DNA of 64,000 nt from Lingula anatina (taxonomy: Eukaryota > Animalia > Brachiopoda): NCBI GenBank assembly GCA_051362555.1, contig CM120641.1, positions 12,772,001-12,836,000 on the forward strand, in the 5' to 3' direction. Each line of letters starts with the position of its first letter. Position 1 is the first letter of the stretch. Of this stretch, positions 1 through 13,300 are shown piece after piece. Below the pieces are notes generated by a model. It was not told where the DNA came from and searched no databases. It saw nothing but the letters and a program-made list of their open reading frames with translations. Both the position numbers and the translations under genes were made by a program.

Positions 1-321
1 CCTCCCGAGAGCACCTTGGAGGATAGAGACATGGATGCAAGCTTTAACTTTGCCAGGCGCTCACAGTCCTTTGGGCATCTTTGCAGCACGTTGGAGCACT
101 CAGGGGTGACGCCAGTGTTAACGTTGTTACAGGGGAATAGCTGACGCCGCTTCTTGGATTTGAAGAAAGTTGGATAGACGTCGGTGATTTTCTGGTTTCG
201 GATGCCGTCATCAATCCACAGGTCATCTCGGCTCTGCCCGTAGACGAGATCTGGAAGTTGAAGAAGCAAGGGTCCCGTTGTGGTTGATGCTTTCTCTTCG
301 GCATGGAGACTGCACTGACAT
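1..321 (-). CDS. Coding exon running off the window edge (CQCSLHAEEK...FFKSKKRRQLFPCNNVNTGVTPECSNVLQRCPKDCERL...); probable exon 5 of the antisense secreted-protein gene, or part of a neighbouring gene
   Basis: Acceptor tccttacag with AG at 323-322. Frame is open from 321 to the edge with C/G-ending codon bias. Phase 2 entry matches the micro-exon at 744-771. Confidence 0.55.
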
Positions 322-743
322 CTGTAAGGAGCAGACGTACAAGAAATTGATAACTCGAAAAAAATAAGTTCTACCCGCCAAATTGTATGTTAAAAGCACA
401 GGATATGGAGCGGATATTGTATCCAAATAAAGTGATAATTTTTGTGTTCCAAGCTTTCAAAAAATCTTATAAACACCACTCGCAAAATTAAAAAAAAAAA
501 CGAAATCCGATATCATGTGTGGAGCATGATAACGGCAAGATATGATAATGTATTTTGAAGTGGATCACCGGTAATGAACAAATGATCCGAGAAACGCGTT
601 TGATTTCAATATTTTAAATGAATGGACAGGGTGAAGTTGACTTGGGCATGAAGAAAACGTGTCGAAAGCGCGATTAAAGTCCGTTTTATTTAGTGTTAAT
701 AATTCGCCTCTTAATGAATAAAATAAGCGTGATTATAACGTAC

Positions 744-771
744 CGTTCTGTCGCCTGTCCGTTTATAAGGC
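744..771 (-). CDS. 28-nt micro-exon (GLINGQATER) on the minus strand
   Basis: tttttacag acceptor, CG|gtacgt donor. Phase 1 in and phase 2 out joins 1459-1619 to 1-321 in frame. Confidence 0.45.
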
Positions 772-1458
772 CTGTAAAAAAACAATAGAAAAGGATTACA
801 TATTTAAAAAACTCGTTTTTCCTCTCGATTGGAAATGAAATGTTGGAATATGAAATATTTTCCAAGTATTTTCAACAATTTTCCACTACGTACCGACAAT
901 CGCATCTTTGAAGTACAAACTCGGAAATGCTATACATACTTTCTTTTCTGAAAAACTAAACCAGATACACCTCACGTCATTTTAGAACAAACATGGCATA
1001 AAAATTAATCTTCTAGTTAACAGGCCGATTTGATAACTAATGTAGCTATTCTTATTAGCTTTTACATCGTTTGAAAAACATTAACGAGACATATTAGACA
1101 TCAGCACATAATATTGAGAAATCTAATATTAGATATGAATACAACGCACTATACTAACGCACCCATTTAAATAAACCAAAACTGTTTGAAATAAGTGGGA
1201 TTGGGGATAACACCTGTACATTAGAGGGGATGAAAATGAAAAAAAAGTCATGTTGTTTTAGCGGTTACAAGTTATCATTTTCCTTAGTAGGCCTATTTTA
1301 AAATATCTACAACCTAGAAATATGTGTTTGCCAATCAAATTGATATCACGGAACAAATGTGGCTAAGTCAGCGTCGTTCTCATATTCTTTTTGGAGTGGA
1401 ATTATATTAGGATTGCATATTATGTTGGTCTTAGCATAAAATTATTATATTTTATTAC

Positions 1459-1619
1459 CCCCATAGCATTCCATCGGTTTCACCATTAAGGATGCTATCT
1501 CTTCTTCACCATCCACGTCTCTGACTGACACTTGTTTCACTGGTAGATAGCGCTTATCGTCCAGGTACCCCTCGTCGCTTCGCCATTCATAATCATTTAT
1601 GTTGCAGTTACAATCCCTT
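1459..1619 (-). CDS. Exon 3 of secreted CNTNAP/neurexin-IV-type fibrinogen-like domain protein (RDCNCNINDYEWRSDEGYLDDKRYLPVKQV...PMECYG)
   Basis: Matches the CNC..D..W..D.G.L..K..LPV..V...D motif of Caspr-family fibrinogen-like domains. AG acceptor at 1621-1620 and G|gtaata donor; read-through would stop at 1445. Confidence 0.85.
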
Positions 1620-1928
1620 CTAAATTATGAAAAAAAAAAAAAAAAAACAGCATAATGTCCTTAATGAAATATCAATTTTTCTACAGACTTATATTGTTTT
1701 CCATACATAATACCCTCGCCTACATTTCCGTCTAAAATATGCAAACAAACAGCAAAAAAATACAGCACAATGTTCTCAATCAAACATCAATTTTCTACTG
1801 ATTTACGTTGCTCTTCGTGCATTGTTGTTGGCCATGAGACCACGGCAACATATACCCCAAAAGGGTTGATTTGTGAGACAAGCAAAACTTCAGCGCAGAT
1901 AGAAAAAAATATATATATATAAAGGACA

Positions 1929-2090
1929 CGGGCCTGTACCCAGGGGAGAGTTCGGGGGCTTTGAACGAATTGTCATTTTTGCCGGGAAAAGGTCTGCTCA
2001 GAAATTGATCTTTATATACGAAGGTTTCACGGTAAAAATTACACTTTTTAAGTAAAGAACCTCCCTTTGAAACTGCTGATTACGGACCTG
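1929..2090. mobile_element. Degenerate small TIR element (MITE-like)
   Basis: Ends cgggcctgtaccc...gattacggacctg form an imperfect inverted repeat. Flanks ggaca/gaaca resemble a 5-bp TSD. Confidence 0.4.
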
Positions 2091-2374
2091 GAACAATACC
2101 CAAAACACTAGAGCTATTTTCCAATAAAACTATCGTACTACGTAGAGCGATCCAACTCCGTATGGACTCTCTCGCTGACTGCAATCAAATGAACAGATTA
2201 ACACACACTTCCTCTTGTTTCCAACGTACGTGTATAATCTCTTGCTTTAATGTACACTGCTGAACGCCATTAATTGGGAATGGGTCCCAAGAAATTGGAA
2301 GTAATTGAGAGAGAGAAAATAAGTGAGTAAGTCAGTTTTTTTCTATTATATGATTAAAAGAAAACGTTTCTAAC

Positions 2375-2828
2375 CCTGATTTATCACACCGGCCTTGCAC
2401 GCCGCATGCGCACTGGGAGCTGTTGGTCGGAGCCCCACCCCAGTTGGTCATATTCCATCCTTGCCGAGACACCCACCAATGGTCTGAGCCCGAGTGGAAA
2501 TTATACGCATGATGACAGTGAAGCTGCACGAATTGTCGACATTTACTGGAGACCTTAATGAGACTTTCAATTTGCGCCAATGTTGGCTTGTATGTAAATG
2601 TAATATCATGTGTATGACGACCTTCGTCATAAAAATTTATAGGTCGTGGCGTTTTGCCCCCTTGGTGTGTTATGAGAGTGACGCCCTGGCCCGATAAGTC
2701 ACCTCTGGTCGTACAAGTGACTTGGAACGGGTCCTCTCCCCCGGGGCCGTCAGGGTCGATGGTATAGACACCTTCCTTAAACTTGTCGCCAGAAAAATGA
2801 CTTTGCACCTCCCCACACGTTCTGGGAA
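2375..2828 (-). CDS. Exon 2 of secreted CNTNAP-type fibrinogen-like domain protein
   Basis: PRTC...GVYTIDPDGPGGEDPFQVTC...CRQFVQLHC...WWVSRQGWNMTNWGGAP...CACG motifs. ttgtag acceptor, GG|gttaga donor. Phases 1 and 2 fit the neighbouring exons. Confidence 0.9.
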
Positions 2829-3284
2829 CTACAAGAAATACAAATTGCAAATGACGACTTATTTGAGCGATCCATGATCAATTTTTGTAAGTATCGTAAC
2901 ACAGATGTGCATTTAAAAAAATTGAAAATAAAAAAGAAGACTAAAAGAAATACAAATAAAAATGCAAAGACGACTTTAAACGATCCATGGTAGATATTTT
3001 GTAAGTATCTAAATACAGACGTACATTAAAAAACGAAAACAAGAAGGAAATTACATCTTTATTTCACGTTTAAAACTTTGACAGGCGCGACTTCGAGTCT
3101 TTTCATGGTCAAAATAAATATGTATTGTACATTACTATATACATTTTACTTATTTGCAAGCTGTAGCGTAAATTTGAGAGCCAAAAGGTGCAGTTTCGTC
3201 TTAGTTTGCGTCCGAGTTCCGGAACCCGAGATGAATTCGCCCATTCAAAGAATAAGTAGAAACCACAATCTAATTTTTACTTAC

Positions 3285-3390
3285 CTGCGCTGGGAACTAC
3301 AGAGACAGCCGGAACAGGAACTCTCTGTAACTGTACATCTTTCACCGCGAGCAGAAAGAAAACCACGAGTGAAAACTTGAAACTCGCCAT
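3285..3390 (-). CDS. Exon 1 (signal peptide MASFKFSLVVFFLLAVKDVQLQRVPVPAVSVVPSA) of the antisense secreted protein
   Basis: ATG at 3390, hydrophobic core, G|gtaagt donor, phase 1 in frame with exon 2. Confidence 0.85.
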
Positions 3391-4086
3391 AAAGATACTT
3401 CTGCCTTAATAGGGTCTTAAATGACAGTGGTGAATAATTAGGCCGGGTTCCAAATATTATATGATAATATTCGCCCACACTGAGAAAGACGCCATGTGCA
3501 GGCATGCATCAAAGTTTAAGGGCAAGAGTTGAATTGGTATTGATACTTAAATAGAGGTCTAGATGACACGGAAAGTAACAACCTTATATTTAACCCTGAA
3601 GAGCTCCAGATATTATTAACTTGCTAGGGAGCACATTTTCAGTGTTTTTAATCTTTTAACTTACATTTAACTACACATGTAATATATTAACTTTACATAT
3701 ATACTCCTATAGGTCTATATACATAAACACACATGCACCTCCAGTCAGTTAGATTACCTCCCCCCCCCCTTTTTTTTTTCTACGAGATGTGAGCGGATCA
3801 CAGTAGTAGTATAAGTGCCATCAGATGGAAAGATGCTCCACAACTCTGGACATGCCGTTCTTTCTATAGGCCTACCCCTCGTAGTAATACTGCATGTCCC
3901 AATGAGTAAAGTGGTCTGCACCGACCTAAAGCTGTCGTCATTTCCCTAGCCTATTTCAGGAAAATAATAGCCCAAACCAGTTCTATAAAATGTTTGTAAA
4001 GGAGGTTATAAAATATTTTGTTTATAGAAAGACGTCTTATTTTTCTTAATTTTCTTGTTTTATTTACTATGTATATTTCTGTCCAG

Positions 4087-4321
4087 GTGTGCCGAAGCCC
4101 GAGGTGATGTGGTTTAAGGGCGGAGATCCATTGTTCGCTGACGGAGAGAGAATTGAAATTGTTCAGATGGAAGACGAGTACACCCTTACCATTAAAGAAG
4201 CCAAACCTTCAGATGGCGGTGCTTTCACTGTAACAGCGAGCAGTACAGAGGGCTCAGTGTATTACAATGTCAGCGTTAGTGTCATTGCTGTGAAGCGAGA
4301 GAAATCTCCCACACCAGAAAG
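4087..4321 (+). CDS. unc-89: Obscurin exon: second half of an Ig domain
   Basis: ccag|GT GTG CCG AAG; GVPKPEVMWFKGG...DGGAFTVTA; AG|gtaaac. Confidence 0.9.
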
Positions 4322-7300
4322 GTAAACTAAGCTGCAATTATGGCACCGCAGTTCGAGAATAAACTGTTTATGACCTACGTCTGACACGCGGAAAGATTTT
4401 TAGATATTGTTTTAATTAAGGTTACTTAGACACCCATTTTTACCTCTTCATAGATATTTCGTCTATAACTGTGGTTAAGCAAGGATGTATATTCAATATA
4501 CGTCTTTCGGTTAAGTAAAATTGCCCGCGGTGATTAACTTTGTGTCACGTGACCACCGCGTGACTTTGTTCACTTCCGCCTTCTGGTGTACCAGTAAGTA
4601 CTAGCTTGGACATAATAACAAATTATTATGTCGTTATTATGTCCAAGGTACATGTACTAGTAATAAGGAAAGTTTACCACGTATATATTGTGAGTTAATA
4701 AAGCGATCGAATCTTTAGGGTGGCCTTGCCTCTCCACCTTGAGGTACATAATAGGAAATCCCCCATAGAAGGAGTGAAAAAGACAGAAGAAACAAAGCCA
4801 CTATCATAGAATAAACAACCAGATGTACTTAGTTTGCTTTCAAAATATGAGCCTTTGAGTCCTAAATCGTGTGGTATTATTACAGGGAGATACTGGAAGT
4901 TGCCCCAGAATTTATCAAGCAGCCACTCTCACAGAAGATAATTGAAGCTGAGAAAGTCAGATTTTCTTGTCTGGTACAAGGTAAGGAAAGAATCACAAAT
5001 CAGTAAATGGAAATTCATTGGATAAATTGTTGAAATGGATTTGTAACAGATCAAAGTTTTTTCTTAAAATATTTTGCAAAGCACTTATATATCACAGCAA
5101 GATAAATGCCAAATGGGTAAGTCATTAAACTACTTATTTATTATTTTTGCTTTTACTAGACCTATTTTGATAAGTGGATAACCATGAAAATATTGGATAT
5201 ATGATTATACATATATTAAAATAATTTATGTCAAATGCAGGTAAACCAGAGCCAACAGTCACCTGGTTCAAAGATGGAAAACTTCTCAAATCTGACTCCC
5301 ACCGTAAGATCTACAAGGCAGAGGGCCTCCATTTTCTGGAGCTCCCAAAAGCCTCCATTGAAGATGGAGGAGAGTATACCTGTACTGCTAATAACTCTGC
5401 AGGAGCAGTCTACTGCAATTTTGCTCTCACAGTGGAAAGTAAGTCTATGATTTTGGTAGAAATGTTTCTCAAATAACCATAAGGCCCTTGAACCAGACCA
5501 CCATCCAATCTTCCCTCAAAGACTAGTTTAACAAAAGATGCAACAAAAAATTCAGTCTATTTTTACCATGGATAAAATGGTGTTGGTCTACTAAAATGTA
5601 AAATTGTCTGTCTTTTAGAGACCAGTAGTTACTGTATTTGAGGGTTAAGTTTTTGAAAATATGATTCTCCTTTGGTAAGAAATCACTTATTTGGCTATCA
5701 GATTTTTTTTTCATGTGATTGTAAGTCAGACTTGGATAAGCACAAGATAGAATAACCACTGGTGGGCAAAGGCTTTGTGGGTAGTAGAATTCTTTCTCTT
5801 TACATCAGATTTTTTAGGAAAGAAAGGGAAAGAAAAGTGCTGCTGTTCTGAGTTGATTATGTTTTGAAATAAGGGAATTTATGACATAACAATTTCATTA
5901 AATGCCTTTGATCTTTCTATTTAGCAGCATTTAAAAATGTTCTTTGGCATTGCTCTATATTTCCTTTCATTCTATCTTTTGAAGTATTCCTCTTGTGTCA
6001 TAAAGTTTCCATTTCATTATTGAACAACCGTGGGGAAAATAAAATTGGTTGGTTTGATTTGGTCAATTTAAAATTTTTAGTTGTGTTGATTATGTTAGAT
6101 CTTATGAATTTGATGTGACATTTAGTATTTCTCTAATAACTTTAACTCCAGCGGTGTCTGAACATGAAAGCAGTGCTGACCTTGATGAACAAGAAGCTTT
6201 GAGAAAGAAGAAGAAAGCTGCAGATGTAAGGAACAGTACTAGTGCAAATAATTTTTTATGCCACATGTCATTTAAGTTTTTTCATGATCACCTTTATCTG
6301 ATATTCTGTGTATTCATGTTGTAACCCTTAGGGTGCTTTCCCAGAGATTTAGATCGATCTAAAGATTAAGATTTAGATCGACCTAACTCCCTGGGGGTTC
6401 AGGCTAAATTGCAGTCAGCCGAGCGGGCACCATAGTTAATTACCCCCTTACAGCTTTTAGTAAGCGGGACAGACGCCTAAGCCGGCCAAGCTGACAGTAA
6501 TCTAGTGAGACTCCCCACAGGGATAGATCGATCTAAAAATCTATGGAAATGGGGTGTTAGATGTGGGATCACCAAGTGTATCTTCCTGCTGTCAGCAGGT
6601 GCAGCTATGCTGTAACTCAGAAAAAAATGACATATTTATACCACTTGCTTTGAAATATTCACTTGGTTACATTTCCAACTGAATTATTTGATTCACTGCC
6701 TGGGTAATTTATTTTGATTGTATGGTTGTTTATAATGTTTTTTTTCCAAAGTGACAATCTAATTATCTTTTTATTTTGGTATCAATACCCAGGCTGTCCA
6801 GTTCAAGGAATACGCCTTGATTAAGAACTACACCGACCAGGCCAAAAAGATTGCCTTCAGGGAGGGAGAGATAGTCCAGGTCTTGGATGCCTTAAATCCA
6901 GATTCATGGCTGGTCAGGAAGAAGAAAGCCAAAGAACAGGTGAGCTTCAAGTAAAAGTGGAGGGAAAGATATACATAAAATTTTGCCTATTTCTGAACCT
7001 GCAATATGTCTATCAATAGATGTACTATGGCTATGATGATGTTGACTTTTTATTACCTTTTTTCTTGGAAGAGGTCTAGCTGTCTTCACAAATAGTTTTC
7101 TTGGTTCACCTGAGTGATGTTTTAAATTTGTTTTAGTAGTTACAATTTCTGTTTTGATAATCATGTAAGATGTATTTTTCAAGGTAAAATGAATAAGGGT
7201 ACCCTTTTTTGATTTAAAGAACGCTTGAGTAAAATAGGTTCAGGTGTTAAAACAAACCAAATGTGGTTTTTCTCTCATCTTCTAGGTGACCTACATACCC

Positions 7301-10300
7301 TCAGAGTTCTTGAAGAAGAAGGATGGTGTCCCAGATGACAAACAGGCATGGAAAGATGCTCTAGAAGGTAGGGGACTTAAATTGATATGTATGCAAACTT
7401 GGGATATGAAAATTGACTATGGCCTATTAATTGGCTTCTGGCATGGAAAACGGGACTTAGTCATGCTGGATGTTTCAATATTATTTACTTGATTTTGTAA
7501 AATTGAAAAAATCATTGTTTCCTACAATTGTGGCCATGAAAATCTTACAACATCTGCTTTAAGTAGTAGCCCTGACATAAAGTCCTCCTGATATTTTAAT
7601 GTCAAAATAATTGAAGTGAATCATTAATTTTTTAAAGAATTCAGCAAAGAAGATTCAGGTATTATCTTTTTATGATAGAATAGCATAAACAATATTACAC
7701 TTAAGGACCTTTCTGCATTTAAGTGCATCTATACATGATATAAAATCCAAGTATATCTTTGTGTTGGTAGCCTTTTGCTAGCCACCTTATGCATGGGGGT
7801 AGCCATATACACCATTTATCTTGAGAGAAAATACAAGCTGATGACCTTTAAGAGAGAGTTTTATCTCTGTGTGTACTATGGCAATGATGATGGCTGGTGT
7901 TATGATGTGTGGTCTTTGGGTAATGTATGTAAACAAACTAGAAGAGATAGTGTAAACGTATCTCTTGACCATGACTGATGTTGCTTAATGATTTTGATAT
8001 TACAGATTTGCATTTGCTCTGCAGTAAATTTTCTGAGAATCTTTGCAACAACTGCAAATATGCTCAGGTTTATCAATTTATAGTTTCATTTAGATTTTTT
8101 TTTGCAGGAATAGACAAACAAGATATGGGTAATAGAAACTTTTTTGTCTGTTTCTTCAAAATCTGCAAGGTATATAAAGTGTTTGTTTGCTGATTACATT
8201 TGGCAAGAACAAAAGGCTGGAAGTTTGCCAAAGATATATTCTTTATAGAGCATTGCCACTAGTACCCAGAGCATGGTTTTAGAAACAACACAACAGAAAT
8301 ATACTGGTATGATGGATAGATAATGTTGTGCAAGGGATGAAAGATGTTTGTTCATGTAACCCACATGCACGGATATAACTCCTTGAATCTCTGTGATGTC
8401 AGATCTGTATACATAACTGAGAGGTTCCCTAGAAATTCAGGTAAACATAAGTAAGGAGGTTAGAAGACCCAGAGTCTAGAGGTTCTAAAGTAGGAGTGAT
8501 GTATGTGCCTATTTTACCCCCTCTTTGCATTGTTTGCATTCCAAGTTGTTTATTCAACGCCTCTGAGTTACATTAGTTTACCTGGGCCTACCTAAGAAAA
8601 CTTGAGTGGTTCAGTCAGATTTATGACTGGTGAAAGGTGTGCCCATGTAGACATATTGCCAAAATCATTTGGAACTTGTTATTTATTCTGTGTACCTGAT
8701 TCATCAAATGGTGTCCATTAAGTAGTTGCAGTGTTAGCCATGTTATGCTAAAAAATAACAAAACATAAACAGGTTATAAAAACCAAAAAAAAACTGTTTT
8801 ATAGAACCAGTGCTGCTCTCAAGGTAATAATTTTAATAAGAAATAGACCTTATTTAAATTTTTCATTAGTAATGAGATTTGTTTGTTATTCATTTATTTA
8901 GATTTTGAGTATATACTTAGCAAAGATGGAAATATTTACCGTAAATTTTTAGGTCTTTAAGTAAAAATAAGAAATAATAATGAATGACTTATAAGTCATT
9001 TTGATAATATTTACTACTAACGTTAATGAACAAAACAAAATTTTTCAACAAGCGTTTTAAGCAAAAATAATCAAAGTATACCTGGAATCTTTGATGTTAT
9101 AAAAAACAGATTTTCAGCCAACTGTTTTAATCCACTTCATCAAATGGATAAAACATGTGGATGGTGAAATGCAGATGTTGAAATCTTGCAAAATGTTTTA
9201 AGTTTATTTACAAGGAAGTGTTAATTAGAGAAAGACACAGATCTTACATAACTAGCTATAGTGTCTGGGATGAAGAAACTTGTAAGAAAGGTGTTTTCTA
9301 AAAATTTATGCATTTTCAGTGCATTTGAAGCTAAATGAATATGGTGATAAAAAAGTCACACTCTTATTAAATGCCTATATATATATATATATATAGTGCC
9401 CATTGCTCATGTTATGGAAACTAAATAATGTGGATGGTTTAGTTTTGTAGAAAAAGATAAATCTATTAAGGAATTGGTAAATGTTATTTACAATTTCAAA
9501 CTGATAAATAAGATAATATTTCAAGTAAATTCTTATGAAGCATGGAATTGCTATTGAATTTTCCTCATCACTCACTTCCTAGAATGCACCAACAGGCATA
9601 AACTGGTTCTTACCAGATGATTAACTAACTCCTCAACCAAATGATTTAATGTTAAAAGTATTAGCTAGACACAGGATGTTGAATACTTTAGACTGCAGTC
9701 TGCCCTAATATGGGTGCTGTGATATTTTGGTGGAGTGGCGTAGGCTGAGTGATGCTCCTTTTGAACAGCATTAACTGAGCCATTTTGTTGCTTGGCAGTG
9801 TAATCCCACTGAGCTAGAGGTGTCTCAAAGGGCAATGTACCCTCCTGTACAGACTCTAGAATAATATTATTTCTGTGATATGTATTGCATATTTGTAGTA
9901 AATTGGTGCTTTGGTAATCAGATTGGCTTTTTGATTAAATGAAATGGTGGTTTTTAAACAAGTTATCTTTAAAAAAAAACATAATCAGACTTACATGTAA
10001 CACATAAATCAAAGGCACAAATAGGAAATGTCATTTGCCGTATAATAAAATATAATAGATACAAAAGTATTTGAAATGAATTATGTATGGATGATAAGAA
10101 TAAAAAAATATAATAACAGTTTCTCAGTACAAAATGTTGAGTAGATAAGAAAAAAACATCTGTCAGAGATAGAATGATTCACCTTGTCCTTGAAATTGTA
10201 TGTGGAAGCTTTTTCAAGGCACCTAGAACTGGGTTCACCTTGCTTAGCCCAGGCGATATTAGCACAGTAATTGCATTCTTAGTCAGGTTGAGTAAAATTT

Positions 10301-13300
10301 GTTCTGATTTCTGAGAGTGCTGTCATGATGGGGGTATATGTTCTGGACAATAATATGTGACAGCTGCCCTAATAGTTTGGGGGGTGGGGCTGTCAGCTAG
10401 GATTTTTCTTGGGGGGGGGGGGTAAAGCTAAAAGAAGATGCCAATTTTTATAACCTGACAGAAAAAAATACACTAGAATTAAACAAAATGTTTACTGTTA
10501 ATGATCAGTAACAAAAGTTTGGTAAAAAATAAAATAAAACCCGAAGAGAATGAAGTCATTGTATGTGTTCTACATCAGGAACTACTCATGTTTTGATTCA
10601 CATAATTGAATTTATTAAAGAGAATGGTTCTTGTAAACTAAGATGCGGGTAAAGTAAGTAGAGAAAGATAACCAGAGAAATGTCAATGGTTAAGAAGATA
10701 CCCTCATGGTCAGTCAGAGGGCAGTTAGGGGAATGGATAAAATTCAAAGATAAGGAAAGTTAGGTAGAATTTCTCCCATCTCATTGTTTTTTCATTTCCA
10801 CTGGGAATAGAGCACTAATTTTTCTTCAAATAAATTTATTTTTTATTTCATGTGAATTTTCTGTTTAACTTGGATGTCATGTGTTGCCAGATGTTACATG
10901 CCAGGCTCTTGTTAGGATAAATTCTTTAAAAAAACTAATATAGGCAGGTGACCTGAATTGTTGAGTAAACAAAATACTGGTAACTTTGTATGAATTTTTC
11001 TCCAGAAATCTCTGAGGTAAAGGATAGGGACCGAGCCAAAGGCAAACAAGCCACCCCAGAACTGGTGGAAACTTCCTCTGATGATGAAAAAGTAGCTGAA
11101 GGAGAGGTGAGAAGTACATCTGGTGAATCTTCTTAATCCCATGGCCACCAACATTAAAAATTAAATGCTTTTTGAATAAAATGTTTTTTTTATAATTAAG
11201 ATGTTGTCCAAAGATAGTGTTTTTTTTTGTTTACTTTCTATAAATATATAATTTTAAATAATACTTTCACATAAATAAAGGATATTTAATTTATGTTGAT
11301 TATTGGTGCAGGTTTCTGCCAAGAGTGTGACAAAATGAAATAAGAATTAAACTGGTTGAAGAAACATGCAAATAAAACTCACATAGATTATTATTATTAT
11401 CACAATGACCTTTCTGTGTGTTTTAATGTAATTCCATCCATTTCTTTTCAGAAATACCCCATCTATGTAGCAGTGGCTGACTACATCCCGCCCAAAAAGC
11501 AGAGGGACAAGGTCCAGCTGACCGAGGGTCAGTTTGTGGAAGTCCTGGACAAAAAGAACCCAGAATGGTGGCTTGTCAGGACCAAACCCACCAAGTTACA
11601 CCCCGCCAAGCAAGGCTGGGTACCGGCCAGTCGCCTGGAGAAGAGAGACGGGGCTGGGCTGGTAGACAGGAGGAACACAAGAGAGGTGTTCAGGGAAGAC
11701 ATCATACAGATCACCAACAAGGGCCAGGAGGCTAATGTGAAGAGGAGGTGTTTTATTTTGATAGATCTTTTTTGGTTTTATTTTTTGCTCAGTTTTTGTT
11801 TATGTCACTTTCTTTGAATAATTTTAGTTTGGCACAAACAATAAAGATGGACTTAATGCCCTACATAATTAGGTTGTTTTCTTGTTTTGATGAGAGTGTG
11901 TTTGGCTGCTTGTCATATCTAATACAAACATCAATTAAAGCCTTTTATGATATTTTGAAGCTCCATGTTACTACTATAAGAAGAAGTTTTCTCATTTGAT
12001 TTGTCACAGTGTTACACATCACTTTCCTATTTATTTCAGGTATGCTCTGAAGGAACTGCTGGAATCTGAACATGACTACCTGAACAACTTGCACAACGTG
12101 GTCGATACTTGTATCCCTCCACTAGAGGGAGCAGATGTACCAGAGCCCATTAAAGGCAAGAAAGACCTCATCTTTGCCAACTTGGAAGACATAATGCAGT
12201 TCCACCAGGAGTAAGTTGAACATCTCTTTTTATCATTCAAAGGGTTATTAAGCGTTGGTACATTTGACCATATTTTGAAGTCAGAATAAAAAAAATAAAC
12301 AGTCACAAATTTTCTGACAAAATTCTTGTAATCTGGTTTGGCATTTCATGGAAAAATTTAGTACAATTTAATTGTTGTTGGCTTTTATGCAAATCAATAG
12401 TCTTAATTACCTTATTGACAAGACTGATCAATCTTATGGTATCCTGCAAAACTTGTCTTCTTAAAAATGACTGTAAGGTACCTAAACAACTTCCGTAACA
12501 GTTTCTGTAAAATAAAACTGTGAGTTTTTATTTAGTGCTTGACTAACAGTAATTTTAGAATTTCCTTGGTTGATATTTCCTCTTTTTTCAATATTACAGC
12601 ACTTTCCTGCCCCAGATTATGGCCTGTACCAGTGAGCCAGAGGCCCTGGCAGCCTTGTTCCTCAGTCAGAAAGCTAAACTGGAGGAGTACATCCCATACC
12701 TGAAGAACAGAAAAGCTGCTCTGAAAGTCCTCAATACTGAACCAGCCAGAAAATTTACCAAAGTAAGCTACATTTCATGAAATTAATTACTTGCTCTGAC
12801 AGTGTTCAGCAGTTGGATATAACTATGTGAGATAATTATTTCATTTAATACAATATTTTAAATGGTACTTATGTATCCTTTTCTTGCATTTGCTAAGCTG
12901 TACTCTCACAGTAATATGCAAATATGAAAGTGTTGTTTTTTTTTCAGAAAATGAAAGAGAAGAAGGCTGGTGAGGAACAGACCCTCCCAGAACTACTTAA
13001 GAAACCCAAACAGCGCCTTCAGCAGTATCAGTCTGTTGTTAAGGTGAGCTTACACAATACAGCCATCCAACAATGCAACCCCAAATTGCAACCTGAAATT
13101 TTGAAAGACCTATTTCAAACATGAATTCTATAAACAGACACAGCATCTCCAAAATTAGGAACATGATTTTAATATTTTCATTCACATGGTTTAATATGAA
13201 CGTTTTGATCTATTCCCATAAGGACTTTATACGCTACACTGCACGTGCAGGAGCAGACTGCTCCAAGCTAGAAGAAGCACATGATATGCTGGGTGCCATA

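Noticed and set aside
44-304. ORF-track 86-aa minus ORF MPKRKHQ
   Set aside because: A different minus frame is open to the edge with better codon bias and fits the micro-exon phase. This frame is still possible if the micro-exon is skipped.
7884-7977. C/D-box snoRNA-like layout (ATGATGA...CTGA); similar at 7033-7113
   Set aside because: Terminal stem is weak and mostly G-U, no rRNA-complementary guide was recognised, and such motifs are frequent in AT-rich DNA
10181-10342. Exon-like minus-strand segment with good splice signals
   Set aside because: Stops in all three frames and no partner exons established
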